A stretch of DNA of 64,000 bases from Cyanophora paradoxa CCMP329. Lineage: Eukaryota > Plantae > Glaucophyta. A model generated the notes under the pieces. That model worked only from the letters and a program-made list of their open reading frames with translations. It made no database searches and had not been told where the DNA came from. The number at the start of each line of letters is the position of its first letter. Positions within the stretch are counted from its first letter, which is position 1. The translations under genes and the position numbers were made by a program. Below are positions 35,018-48,084 of this stretch, one piece after another. The stretch lies in assembly GCA_004431415.1 (NCBI GenBank), contig QPMI01000656.1, forward strand, positions 1 to 64,000, in the 5' to 3' direction.

Positions 35018-36822
35018 TCAGGGAAGAAACGTACGCGGAGCGGGCTGAGGAGGGCGGCGGGGGCGCGCGGGGGCGGACCTGAGCACGAATCGGCGGAGGA
35101 GGAGGGAGCCGTAGTCGCCCTGGTTCGTGGGCGAGCTGCTGACGGCCTGCATGTGGTGCCCGTTCGCCCCCGCCCCGTGCTGCTGCTGCTGCCCGGCGGC
35201 GAGCGCCACGGGGGGGTCCGGGCTCGGCGGCTTGGCCCCCGGCGGCTCGGGGTTGAGCGCGAGGGGCGCGTAGCAGCGCTGCGGGGGCGCGGGCCGCCCG
35301 AAGCCGTTCTGCGCGGCCAGCAGCTGCTGCGGGTCGAGGGAGACAAGGCTGTGGCAGTAGCACTGCTGCTGCTGCTGCTGCTGGGCGTGCTGCGCGAGGA
35401 GCGCCTGGATCGAGCTGGCGTCCACGGAGCGGGCCTTCAGGCGGCGGGGCCCGGGGGGCAGCAGTGGGGGCGTGCCCCCCTCCTCCTCCGCCTCGAACGC
35501 CTCCTCGTCGATCGTCTCCAGCCGCGGGATGCGCGAGTGCGGCGTCGAGTGCGAGCGCCGGCCCCCCGCCGGCGCCCGCTGCACCCGCTGCTGGTGCTGC
35601 TGCTGCTGCTGGAGCTGCTGCTGCTGGAGCTGGAGCTGGACCTGCTGCTCCGCGGCCGCGTGCTGCCGAGCCGCCTCCGCCGCCGCCGCCGCGTAGGCGG
35701 CCGGGACGAAGGCGAAGGGGGCGCCGTGGGGCGCGCGGGGGGCCGGCTGCGCCGGGGGGCCTCGGTACGCGCGGCGGGCGCCGGCGGGGCCGGAGCCGCC
35801 CGAGGCGTCGTGCGAGCGGCGCCCGAGCGAGGCGGTGAGGGGCGTCATCCCCTGGTCGTCCAGCGAGGCGGCGGGGTACCCCGTCCGCGCCCGAGCCGCC
35901 GCGTCCAGCGCCTCCCGCGAGTTGGTGCGCGGCACGGGGTGCGCGGCGTGCACGGGGTACGGCACCGGCCCGAGGGCCAGCGGGGGCACGCTGTACTGGA
36001 GGAGGATGGGGCCCGGGGCGAGGGGGGACTGGCAGGCGAGCGCCGGGACGGAGAGGGCGAGGGCGGGGCCGGCGAGGATGGGGCCGGCGTGGTTCGCGGG
36101 GGAGGCCGGCGGCGAAAGGTACTGGATCTCGCTGAAGTCTCTATTCCCAAACTTCAGCACTGCGGCGCAAGGGAGTCAATCCGCGGCGGCGGCGGCTGCG
36201 AGCGGCGGCGCCCGCACCCACGATCATTTCCAGGCGCTGCGGGTTCAGCTTGATGGTCCGGTTGCCGGCGAAGGGCTCCCAGCGCCACGATTCGGGCTTC
36301 CCCTCGCGCATGATCTGCGAGCCACTTGGTGGGCGCCGCCCGCGCCGGCGCACGAGGGCGCCGCGCACCCCGAGCTTGAACTCGAGCATCGTGACTTCAT
36401 GGGGCTCGACGCGCAGGCAGATCGTGCCAGTCCACGACGGGAACGTGGTTGAGCTCGTCTGTAACCTCACCGAGTGCTCGGGCCGCCTGCGGAGACGCAC
36501 CGTCAGCGACATGCGTCGTGTGAAGCACTGGAGCTTTGGATGGCGGCGGGCGCAGGAGATGCGTCCTTGCAATAGAGGCGACGCGCTACGACAAATCTAT
36601 CTCTTCTAAATGTACGAGGCCCCGCCGTCCCGTGGTGCCTGCTGATTCGCAACCTCGCGCCAACGCACCACACTCCAAGCTCGTCCGGCGCCCCCGTGAG
36701 GCAGAGGCTTTCGCCATATGTCGTCTGCGGACGTACATCGACTTATAAGCAATGTCTCGTCCCTCCCGGGCGGCAGGGAGCACCTCCGAGCACTGCACTG
36801 TGAGCTTGCAGGTCGCGAACAT
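35018..36822 (-). CDS. CBM20 starch-binding domain protein with a long disordered Gln/Pro/Ala-rich tail and no catalytic domain
   Basis: Spliced N-terminus MFATCKLTVQCSETTYGESLCLTGAPDELGVWRPEHSVRLQTSSTTFPSWTGTI..LEFKL..WRWEPFAGNRTI fits the CBM20 pattern (GE, G..LG.W, P.W, EYK, WE..NR). Confidence 0.8.
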
Positions 36823-37237
36823 TGCCTCGGCGTCTCCAGGCCTGTGCCGGGCAATGCGTGAGATTCGAGTGTCGTAGAAGAGTGTCATCGAGTTGAAAAC
36901 ATTGGGAAAGACCTCCGGGGCGCGGGTTGGCGCCGAAAGGGCGGTCTTCCCGCCTCGCCGTCCCTGGACGCGTCCCTGAGCAATTTGGAGGACGTTACGT
37001 CGCCAGCGTCTCCAGCGTCTGCAGCTTGCTCCTAAAGAGGCCGTCTAAGAACACGATCGAGACGTCCCGGGCGTGATCTTTGCCAGGAATGGCTTCTATA
37101 GCATCTCGGGATTCAGGAGAGCGGGTGCTGCTGCTGCTACGTACGCTATCGCGGGTCAGGCGGCGGGCGCCGTCGGCTCCTCTCGTGGAACTGATTAATG
37201 TACCCGGGTCCGTCATCGTGTTGCCGTCGCTCTTACA

Positions 37238-39476
37238 ATGATCGGATCAGCGGCTGCAGCGCTCGATCCCGCGGAGATTTTGCCCGGCGACGTCTTCACG
37301 GCCGCGCTCGCCCGTCTTCCCGCGCTCGATCGCCGCAGCGCGGCTCTGGCCTGCAAGCACTGGCGGGATGCCGCCTACGCATCCTTTGCCCGGGATCCGG
37401 AGCCGTTGGCACTTCGGTGCCTCCCCACGCCCTCTCCTTTTCTCGTTCTAGGGGCGGAGCCCGGCGCGGGGCTCGACCTACAGGCGCTGCGTTCCGAGGT
37501 TTCTAACGCGCATGGAACGCGCGGGAATTTCTCCGTCGCCGACGGGACGGACGGCGATGAGCACGCCGCGAGCTCGAGGCCACCGCCAGGGCGCATCCTC
37601 ACCATATCAGAGGCCATCTCCACGCTCCGTCAGCCGCGCTTTGCTGCAATCGAATCACTTTCCCTCGAGGTCGTCCTGCCCGGGTGCGCACGCGGCTTCG
37701 CCTTGCAGCTTCACTCCGAATCTCAACGGGCGCGCAGGATCGGCAAGCGCGGGGGGCTCTACGGCGGCCGCGAGGCGGACGTGGGGGCCGTCGTAGGGGC
37801 GGCCCCGCCCTCCCTCTGCGCGCTGCGGCTCGAGTTCTTCCTCCGAGACGCCGGCATGGTCCTCGGCACCTGCTCCGTCCCCACGGTCTGGCGATACGCC
37901 GCCAGGCGCGCGCGCCTCGCCGCTCGCAGCGGCGCCGGCGGGCTGACGGGGCGGGGCGCGGCAGCTACGACCTGTGCCGCCTCTCGCGGGACGTCCTCCG
38001 CGGCATCGGGCGCTCCGTCGCCGCCTGCCCGAACCTCCGCCGCCTCTCGTGCGCCCCCGCCCCTCCCGGGCGCGCGCCCCAGACCCGCCGCAGACGGAGC
38101 GCGCAGGCTGCCCGAGCGCTTCTGGGTCGCCACAGACGGATCGGAGGAGGAGGGCGGGGACGACGGCACGACCGCCGCCGCCCTCTCCCTCCTCGGCCAC
38201 TGCGACAGGCCTGCCCCACGCCCGCCCGACCCCGCACGTTCTTCGAGCCCTCCTGAGGCGCGCGCGCGGGCGCGCGCAGCCCCGTCGAGCAGCTGGACTT
38301 CGAGCTCCGCCTCCTTCCGTCCTCCAGTGCGCCCAGCCCGCCCCGCGCGGCCCTCGCGCTCGAGCGGCGCGGCGCGCGCGTGCAGGCGCCTCCTTCTGCC
38401 GCTGGCTCTGCTCGGCCTTCCCGCGCCTGCGCCGCGTGGCGCGGGCGGCCGCCCCCGCCTGGCACCTCCCGCTCCTCAGCTCCTGCCCCCTCCGCTTCTC
38501 CCACGTGCGCGTCGACGGCCCCCCGACCGGTCCGCGCTCCCCGCTCGAACCCCGCCGGCGCCTTTTCATCTAGCTTTCGCCGCAGGCGTCGACGCCTCGG
38601 AGCTCGCCGCTGACCTCGCCGCCCTCGTCGCCGGCGGCCGCAGGCGCTCCGACTCTCACCGATCTATCTCCCCCCCCCTCGTTGACCGGTACCCCCCAGG
38701 ACCGTCTCCCTGGAGCTGCACTACGTGCGGCGCCTCGAGCGGGCCGACCCCCGCTGCCTCGCGGTCCGCCGTACCCCCTCGAGCCCATCTTGCACCCACC
38801 CGCCTCCTAATCCGGTACCCCGCAGGGCCTGCGGTGCCTGGAGCTGAGCCCGGGGCCCCACGGCGCCTACCGCACCTCGCGGGCCGCCCTCGTCTGGATC
38901 GGCGGTACCCCCCGAGCCCGTGCGCTCCGCTCCCTCGCCTGAAGCGGGGGCGGGGCGCAGAGAGCGGGGCGACGGGGACGCTGGAGGCGCTGCGGGTGAG
39001 CCCGGCGCCGGACGCCGCCCCCGACGACGTCGCAGCCCTCCTCCGCGCCCTGCCCCGCCTCGCCTGGTCCCCGCGCCCCGCCCCCCCGCCGTCCCGGCCT
39101 TCGGTCGCTGAGGCTCGAGCCGCGCATGCGCAGGCTCTCGCTGGGCCTCGGCTGCGAGGGGTGCAGCGCCCTCGTGTGGCCCGCAGACGGCCGCGGGCTT
39201 GCCGCCGCCCGCGCCGCCGTCGACGCCGTCGCGCGGGAGCGGCCCGACCTGCTGCGCCCCCTGGAGGCCGAGGCCGGGCCCGAGCGCGTCGCCCAGGCCA
39301 GCGCCGCCCTCGCCGCCGGCGTGGGGCGCCGCCCCGCCCACCCGGGCCCGGAGCCCGAGCCCGAGCTCGAGGAGGCGGAGACGGGGCAGGGGACGGGGCA
39401 GGCGGCGGCGCCGGCGCGACCCGACCGAGCACGATCGGGCTCTCTGGGCCGCGCCCCAAGCGATCGCGAAGAGTAG
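37238..39476 (+). CDS. F-box-like / LRR protein (spliced)
   Basis: ILPGDVFTAALARLPALDRRSAALACKHWRDAA is F-box-like; downstream LxxLxL repeats (ACPNLRRLS, FPRLRRV, GLRCLELS, LPRLARLSLG). Confidence 0.65.
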
Positions 39477-39792
39477 CGTGCGCGGGAGAGAAGTCAGTCG
39501 GAGGAGAGCTCTGTACAGGGGTCCTGTAGCTTGCTGTATGCATATGCATATGCTACAGCGACCCGGAAGAGTATACGTATTATTGCGAGGGACGCGCCTC
39601 GACGCCCACGGCCACGTGCGTGCATCTTAATTACCGCGCGTGGCCGGGCCACCGCTGGCATATCGGCTTGACGTCAAGCCGCGATCGCTGTACCCGTTTG
39701 GTCAAGCCGTCGCGTAGGGCGCTGCTATAGCCACCAGCTGCAGCTGCAGTGCACGAGCGCAGCACAAGCGCAGCCCAAGACCGCGCAGCGCG

Positions 39793-42083
39793 ATGCCGCC
39801 GAAGAAAACTCGGAGGGCAAAGCGCGCCCGAGTGGAGGAACCGGAGGCGACTTCAGAGCCTGAGACTGAGCCTCGCCGATCATCGGAACGACTCTCTCGC
39901 GGTGACACGTCGGCCGCGGGCGAGCTCGTCGTTGCACAGGAGGAGGGCGACTCGCTGGAGCACGGAGCGGCGTACAGAAAGCGGCTGGCGAGTATACTCG
40001 AACGCGTGCGGAGCGGGGCGTTGGCGGGCTGCCGCGAGATCAGCCTGGACGGCTGCGCCATCGGCGGCTACGGCAGCGGCGAGTGGACCAAGGAGGACAT
40101 CGATGCGAGCCTGCTTGCTGCTAGCGACGTGGCGGGTGAGCCCTCGCTCCACCGCTGCGCGCACGCCACGGCCGTTGACCCCTGCGTGCTGCCCGCGCGC
40201 GCGGGGCGCCGGCCCCGCAGAGCTGCTGGCCCTGGCTGCGAAGGCGGGGCCGCTGGAGCACGTCCACTTCGGCGCCGGCTGGTGGCGCTGGCCCCGCGAG
40301 GAGGAGCAGCGCGAGAAGGGCGTCGCCGAGCCCCTCCCCCTCAAGGCCGTCGCCCGCTCCTTCCTGGCGGCGCTCGCCGGCGCTCGGCTCTCCACGCTCA
40401 GCTTCGAGGACCCGACGGCGTCGCCTCAGAAGCAGACGGAATACGAAGACGAGGAGGACGACGACGAGCACCTGTGCCGCGCCGTGATCGACGCCGCGGC
40501 GCCGGGCTGCTTCCCGCACATCTCGGAGCTGCGCGTCGGCCACACCTACGGCTGCCGCCTCCGGAGCCCGCAGGCGGTGCGCCTCGCCCCGGCCCGCCGG
40601 CCCGGCCGCGCCGCCTGCCTCGAGCTCCTGATCATGACTGCCGGCCGCGAGCGCAGGCGAAGCTGGCGAAGGTCTGGCCGAGCCTGAAGAAGCTCTCGTG
40701 CGGCGTGCTGGGCGGCGGGGCGCTGGAGAAGCTGGCCAGGCTGAGGGCGCTGGAGGAGCTGCGGGTCACGGCCTGGTTCGACGACGACGACGAGAGCTCG
40801 GAGGGCCTGCTGGAGGCGGCGCTCGGGAAGCTCGGGCGGCGGGCGCCGAGCGCGCGCGCGCTGCACCTTCTCTCCTCGGAGGAGCTCCGCGTGAATCTCT
40901 TCGACCTGGAGGGCGGCGGGGACCGCGTGCCGGACCTCGTCGGCTGCGGCCCCCGCCCGTTCCTCGTCGGCCCCGACTGCCTCAAGGCCCTCCTCCGCCT
41001 CTCGCACCTCGAGGAGCTCTCCCTCGGGGTGCCCGCCGCCCCCGCCCCCGCCACGCCGAGCCGGCGGCTCGTGATCACGCTCGGCAGGTCGAGGACTCGA
41101 GCAGCGGCCTCCTGCCCCGGCTCGCCTCCCTGCAGAAGCTGCGCACCCTCAAGCTCGACCTGCCGGTGCGCGCCCCTTACAGTAGCCATAGACCTCCGAA
41201 AGGCGCCGCGATTCGTCTCCTCCTGATTCGATTTCTCCGTCGAGCAGAAGCAGACCGCTCGCAATGGGGGCAAGGCCCTGTTCGAGGGGGCTGCCAAAGG
41301 GCTGAGGGCCCTCCCCGCGCTCCGCCTGCAGCTCCTGGTCGACAACTACGACGAGCACTGCGCCTTCTCGATCAACTCCGCCGGCCTCGCCCGCCTCGTG
41401 CGGGACGCGCGCCCGATCCTCGACGAGCTCATCTTCAACCACCTAAACCTGGGGGAGGACTCCGCATCCAGCCTCTTCAGGGCGCGCCCCCTTTAGAATC
41501 GAGCCGACCCTCGCGCGCCCCGGCCCTCCCGGCCGCGCCGCCTCTGACGTCGACGCCCCTGCAGGAGGTCGCGCGGGGCGGGCCGAGGCTGCGGCGCGTG
41601 ATGGTTGTCAGCGAGCTGGACGGCGGCCTGCACCGCTACCGGCCCCTCCTCCGCCTCTCCAAACTCTACGGCGCCACACCGGCGATGGCCAGCAAGGGCA
41701 AGCGCGAGGAGGACGAGGAGAACGAGGCGGACGAGGAGGAGGAGGAGGAGGAGGACGAGGAGGGGGACGAGGAGGAGGAGGAAGACGACGACACGGAGGA
41801 GGGGGAGGAGGAGGAGGAGGAGGGGGAGGAGGGGGAGGAGGAGGAGGAGGAGGAGGAGGATAGGTACTCGATCGAAGAGGAGGAGTGTTCGAGCGAGAAG
41901 GAGGGGGCGGAGAAGGCTCGGCCCCTGCCGGACTTCCGCCTGCACTTCGTCTTCTACACCGACAATCCCGAGAGCACGTGCAGGAGAGTCCGCCGGTGGG
42001 CGCGGGCGGAGCGCGTCCCGATGCTGCTGACCGTCAACAACAAGAACCGCAAGCTGGAGGGGAACTCGGGAGTCTCGGGGTGA
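39793..42083 (+). CDS. RNI-like LRR protein with basic NLS-like N-terminus and acidic tract
   Basis: MPPKKTRRAKRAR start; repeats VWPSLKKLSC, LRALEELRV, LSHLEELSL, LQKLRTLKL; poly-Glu/Asp at 41705-41860. Confidence 0.65.
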
Positions 42084-43594
42084 CAGCGATGAGCGATGAT
42101 GAGGAGGGGGGGCGAAGACGGTAGCATACGCAGCGAATCAAATATTCAATTAGCTATAGCATGCTAGAAGTCGCTGTTTGTCCGCACTGCGCGTGCGGCA
42201 TCTTCTTTCTTCTTGCATGTTCTTCTTTTTCTTAATGAGATTTCATTGCATTCAAATGCAAATCATCATGAATTGTTCGGCACCGTAGTAGTACTTTCAT
42301 TAACTATTATTTCGTTGGCCACGTGCACGCGCACGCGCGCCGCTCCTGCCGCAGTGCACCGCGCCACTGGGCCACGCTGCCCGCCATAAAATCTAAAAAT
42401 AAAGCCGAGCCCGTGTCCTAATCATCGATCATGATCATGACTTGACGTTAACGCGCCCAGGTCCGGTGCACGTGCACCGGGCCAGGCCGCCCGCCATCAC
42501 GGCGCGCGGCGGCCCTGGAGCGGGCCGTCTTTGCCGCGACGTCCCTCGAGACTCGGAGGCGGGCGCGGCGGCCCCGGCCCGGGCCCCGCGCTGCTCGCCG
42601 TGTCTCTCATGATCAGGTGCACGCCCGCCCCGGGCCCCGCCCCGTGCAGCTGGCCATGGACGCTCTCGCAGCCGGGGCCCGGGGTGTGCATGCGGTGACG
42701 AGGCGCGCGCGTGCCGCCTAGGGCCCGTGCGTGCGTGCGGACCAGCGACCCCGGCCCGCCTGGGAGCTCCCCGGCGCCGGCGCCGTCGCCGCCTCAAGCT
42801 TTTCCTCCCCGCCGGGGCCGATCGCCCTCGGGCTCGGGCGGCCCATCCTCAGGGCCTGCTGGCCCTCTCGACCCTCGTCCGCAACGAGACGCTCGCGGCC
42901 CCTGGCCATGGGTGCGACCCCGGCCCGCCGGGCCGCCCCCGAGCAGAGATGACATGCAAACGCTCGACCGCCTCGAGCTTCGTCTGACGCGCGCGGGCGG
43001 GGGCGGCGGGGGGGCGCATGCGCATGCGCAGGGCGGGCCCCGGGGAGGTGCTGCGGCGCTACACGGCGTCCATCTCGTGCGCATTCAACGCCGGCCTCGG
43101 GGGCGCCGTCCCCCTCCCGTGCCCCACGCCTCCGCCTCCTGGACCCTCGACCTCGTCCGCGGCGGCTGACGGTCGCGAGCTCTAGAGGCCGCGCGCGGCC
43201 GCGGGCGCCCCTCGTTGGCGCCTCTAGATCTTTAGCCCGCAGCGCAATATGAATTGTACAATTTTGCGATTGTGCACGTGCATTTTTGCATTGTTTCGTG
43301 TTTTCGCGGTTTTTTTAATTCATGAAAGCTTTCAAAATCAGTCTTGAATTCGATGAACATAGCCTTATGCAGTACCACCCTCCACGTCCTGAATTCTCAT
43401 GTTTTGCCACGTCCAGATTGCCAAATCGACATTAATTTTTATATTGCAATACGAACGATGGCCGAACTGAGCGCATTCAAAACGCTAGAACGACGCGACC
43501 GAACGCCAGAACTATGTATACGTATACAAAATTGGCGCGTTTGAATAGACAAGACAATGAACTCGAAGCCGCGGCTGCAGCTGACGGAGCGCGC

Positions 43595-45592
43595 TCAACG
43601 GCGCAGGGTCTGGGGCCGGAGGGTAAACTCGAGGTACGTCGGCGTCTCCTGCCCGAAGAGCTGCCGGCCGCGGCCCGTCAGAAGACCGAGCTCGAAGCGA
43701 TGCAACACGGGGCGAAATATTAATATTAATATTAATGCGAAGGTCTAGATAGAATCGAAGAATTCCGGTCCGGGATCCAGCTTGCAATCGCGGTTGTCGG
43801 TTGTCGAGCTCGAAGCGATATCGATGCGATACGGGGCGGGGGATCCGGAGGGGGCGGCAAATTAGAGGGCGCGACTTATTATAATCAAAGCGCGAAATGC
43901 GAATTCGAAGGTCTAGATCGAATCGAAGAATTCCGGGATCCAGCTTAGCACGAGTTAGGCGAGGAGGGACGGCATCCTCAGCGGGCGCACGCTGAGGAGG
44001 ACGCAATCGGCGACGTCCTCCGCCTGTATCATCTGCCCCGCGCCCCGCCCCGCCCCCGCCCCCGTCGGCCCCTCGGCCCAGCGCCTGGGAGGCCAGGGCC
44101 ACCGGTGGGGCCGGCCCCGGCGCTCGCTCGCGCTTGCGCGCGCGCGCGCGCCTTCAGGGGGTCCATGCCCTTCGCCTTCGTCACGCACTCAACCATCGGC
44201 GTGTTCACGTACCCCGGGCAGATCGTCACCACCTGCGCGCAGAGATCTGAAGTTAGCGGGCAGACTCTGCGGGTCGATTCGATTTCGCGATTCACGTCAT
44301 TTTCGCGGGTATATTTGAGTTTCGCGGGTCGAGCGGGCTCAATTTATTTGACTTTCGCGCGCGCGGGGCGGGCCCTGCCGGACCGCGCCTTGATTTTGCG
44401 GTTGTCTCTTCGCGAAATATCTTTATTGGTATTTGATGTTTGGGTTTTGCGGGTCGAGCGGGCGGGGCGGGCGGGGCCGCGCCTTGACGCCGGTGTCCTG
44501 GATGTCGTCGGCGACGGCCTGCGAGAAGGCGAGGAGCCCGTGCTTCGCCGCCGCGTACGCCGCCTGCCGCCCGGTACCGCTGATCGTGAGCCCGGCCCCG
44601 GCCGGCGCGCGGGGGCGCATCGGTCTCGAGGCGTATGCAGAGACGTATGCGCAGGAAAACCAGGGATCGATCGCAAATACGTTGCAGCTAGGAATAGGCG
44701 TGGTTGTATTGAATTTAAACCCGGAGGGGCGCGCCGGCACACGAATTTGTGCATCGGCTGCTTGCCGGCGATGGACGAGAGGAAGACGACGGCGCGGGGC
44801 CAGGGGGCGGCCTCCCCGCCAGCGCCGCCGCTCCGAAGAATGTGCGGGAGCGCCAGGCGCGTGAGCCGCATCGGCGCAACGAGGTCCACATCCAGCGTCT
44901 GGCGCGCCGCCCGCGGGCGTTCGAAATCCGATTCTCAACGCTTTTGCGATCATATATATAATCAACCGTCGATTGCGCACGAAATCCCACTTGGAGAGGT
45001 CGGCCTCGTACGCCGGCATCTCCTCGTCCCCCACGCCGGCGGCGTTTACCTGCGCATGCGCGTCGGCCTCGAGGCAGAAGCGAAGAAACGCGTGCACTGA
45101 TCATGAAGAAAAGGCGAAAATTTGAACGAACGAGGAGGTCGATGCCGCCGAGCTCGGCGACGCAGCGGCTTACGCAGGCGTTCACGTCGTCGAAGCGCGT
45201 CAGATCGCAGGCGTGGGCGACGGCCCGGACCCCGGCATGCTGCGCGCGCGGCGGCCCCCGGCCGGCGCCGCTCTCATGAGCAGATGCAGCTTGCCCCTCC
45301 ATTTGCATGATACAAACCACAGCCGCCGCGCACGCGGGAGCACTTGCGAGAAACCTCGTGGAGTCGCTCCGCGTTTGTCCCGACGAGGAAGAGCGCGTAG
45401 CCCGAGTTCGACAGCGCGTGTGCGATCGCCCTGCCGATGCCTGCATGCGCATGGGAACCGCTTCGAATTCGCGAGTTTCTCGCGTTCATGATTTTCGCGA
45501 GGCGGACCGGAGGATGCGCCGGTGACGAGCGCGACGGGCGAGCGCCCTGCGAAATCGCCTCCCTCGGCTCCGAGCGGCTGAAGGCGCAGCAT
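43595..45592 (-). CDS. Classical short-chain dehydrogenase/reductase
   Basis: VALVTGASSGIGRAIA (TGxxxGxG), CDLT, GGIDLLVNAAG, FLSSIAG, YAAAK (YxxxK), ICPGYVNT; probable last exon LFGQETPTYLEFTLRPQTLRR* at 43595-43660. Confidence 0.9.
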
Positions 45593-45988
45593 CTTGAAGT
45601 GTAGGCGAATCGAAGAGCTTGCAATTGCGCGCCGGCCACGTGCACTGGGCCAGCTCGAGTAAATCAAAACCCGCTCGAGCTCGATATCGAGGCTGAAGGT
45701 TGCGAAACGATATATATATTAGAAGAGCTAGAGCTCAAAGGGAGCTTGAGCGAAGGTGCGCTCGAATGGAGCTATAGCTTGAATTGAACTTCGGGAAGGC
45801 TGCTCGAGCTCACTAAGTTAAGCCGGACTGTTCGAAGCTTGAAGGAGAGGCCTAGGGGGCCCGGGCCGGGGCCGCGGCCGGGGGCTGGCCCAGTGCGCAT
45901 GCATTGCGGCAACTGGTTTGTAGATCTGAGTCGCGTCCATATGCGCCCCTCAGCCGCGTGCGCACTCCCATCGCCTCTATGACCGACG

Positions 45989-46474
45989 GGGCCGGGGGGG
46001 GGGGGGGGGGGGGGGGGGAGGGGGAGGGGGAGGGGGGGGGAGGGGGAGGGGAGGGGAGGGGGCGCGCGCAGGTCTCGGAGCACGGCGTCTCGTCAAGCTG
46101 GTCGGAGCTGGACTTCGAACGGCGGCGGTGACGACGGGCACGACGACACTGCGGACCCCTTCCTCCCACCGCACCTCCACCACTATTAGCTATAGATAGG
46201 GCAGAGCGCACCACGGCCACGCTTTATGAGCCATCAAGCGGGCATCTTGGACCGTGCAGCTCACCATGCCAGGCTCACCGCGAGAGGACCGGCGCATATT
46301 ATGTTCTGGAGGTGACTCGGTAGACTACAGCTAAAGCACCAGCTCGACACGACTAGTAGCTGTAGCACTCTTGTCATCTATCTCCTCCTGCAGTCAGCAT
46401 CCCAGTATCCAGTAGGCGAGGAGCGGGGGACTGTTGTCAAGTGTGTACGAATGCAGCAGACTTTCCAAAAAAAA
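45989..46474 (+). mobile_element. 486-bp retroposed insertion (SINE-like or 5'-truncated LINE) with A8 tail and 17-bp TSD
   Basis: CGCCTCTATGACCGACG occurs at 45972-45988 and 46475-46491; AAAAAAAA at 46467-46474 directly precedes the second copy. Confidence 0.75.
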
Positions 46475-46815
46475 CGCCTCTATGACCGACGTCGACACCG
46501 CGTCCCGCGGCTCCTCGCCCCCCCCCCCCCTGTACCCCAGCTCGAGCTCCCTCCTCCCCCCCCCCCCCCCCCCCCCCCGCCTGACAAGAGAGCCGCGGCA
46601 GATTGAATATTTTTAATGTGCGAGGCACGCGCGGGCGTGGCCGGGCAGCCCCTCCTCCTCCTCCTATCCCCCCTCCCTCCCTCCTCTCCCCCCCCCCCCC
46701 ACACCGCCCACCTCCCCCCTCCCCCCTCCCCCCCTCCCCCCCCTCCCCCCCCCCCCCGCCCCCCGCCCCGCCCTCCGTCGACCCATGCAGGGCGCGAGCT
46801 CGAGCTCGAGGGCGT

Positions 46816-47866
46816 TCACTTGGATGCGGGGGGGGCGACGAGGTGCGGGGGCATGTCGAAGACCTTGCAGAGGATGTAGTAGGAGCACTCCTCCTCCTCC
46901 GGCGAGTGGTTGCTGATGTCGTACCTGCCGGGCACAAGTCAGAGATCTAGATCTAGAAGAGGAGGAGCGGGTTTCTAGGAGCTCAAGCTGATAGATGACT
47001 AAATCCAGAAGCTAAATGTCACAGCGGACCGCATCTTCTTGATGTAGAAGTTGACGGCCTCGTTGTTGTCCTTGAAGACGGTGAGGTGCACGGCGCGCAG
47101 CTTCGACTTGCGCGCGATGAGCTCGCAGATCGACATAAAGTGCCGCCCCAGGCCCTTCCGCTGTATCCTGCCCATCCCCGAGCCGCCCCGGGTCAGAGCG
47201 GCGGGCGGGCGCGGGCGCCGGGCCCGGCGGGGGCCCCGGGGGCGGGCGGGGCGGGCACCGGGGCTCGCTCTGGATCTCGTAGACGTAGAGGCTCTCGAGC
47301 TCGTTCTCCATGACGAACTGGAGGTGCACGAAGCCGATGAGGGCCCCCTCGGGGTCCGCCACCGCGCCCTGCGCCGACGTCCCCTCCCCGCCCGTGACCA
47401 CCTCCCGCGCGATCAGGAACCGCGAGTCGTCGCTGCTCATCTCCCGCCGCTTCTCCCCGTCCTTCCACCCCCCCGGCTCCGCGTTCTCGTAGTGCACTGC
47501 GCCCCGCCGCTGGCGCTCGGCGGCGCGCGGCGCGCGGCGCGCGGCGAGCGCGGGCGCTCGAGCGCACCCTTCATGTTGCGCTTGAGCAGGTCGAACGCCC
47601 ACTCGCGCTCCGCCTTGGTCAGCGCCTCGAACTTCTTGTACGCGATCTTCGCCTTCAGGCCGTTGCGGTCGAAGTTCCTGCGCGCGCCATGAGCGCTCTG
47701 GCGAGGGGCCAGGCGGCGACGGGCCGGCCGCAGCTAACCGGAACGGCTCGAGGCCCAGCTCGGCGATCGCATCCTCGCGCTCGTTCGCCGCCTTGATCAC
47801 GGCGCGCGCGGCCTTCTCTAGGTCGTTGCGGAGCTTACGCAGCTCCTTCTTTGTCACGTTCGACAT
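46816..47866 (-). CDS. NAA40: N-alpha-acetyltransferase 40 (NatD, histone H4/H2A N-terminal acetyltransferase)
   Basis: FDRNGL, WAFDLLKRNMK..YE...GW...EKRREM....RFLI, LYVYEIQ....QRKGLGRHFM, LTVFKDNNEAVNFY, SP....SYYILCK. Confidence 0.9.
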
Positions 47867-48084
47867 CGCGCGTCTTCCGCCGTCGCTCGGCCAACGCCCG
47901 CAGACCACGTCGCTCCCGCGCCCGCGCTGATCGTCTCTTTAGCTATGTTCGATGCAGCTGCCGATCTGCAGCTGGCGGCGCTTGGGCTGTTTGCTGCTTC
48001 TTGCTCTCCGTTGATCACCGCGTACCCCCCGCCAAGGTCGAGACCGTCGAGTGGCCGAGCCTCACCGCGGTCGAGCTCCTCGGA

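Noticed and set aside
42435-43169. Possible small gene or pseudogene between the LRR gene and the SDR
   Set aside because: The patches look coding-like, but I could not assemble a coherent spliced ORF or motif.
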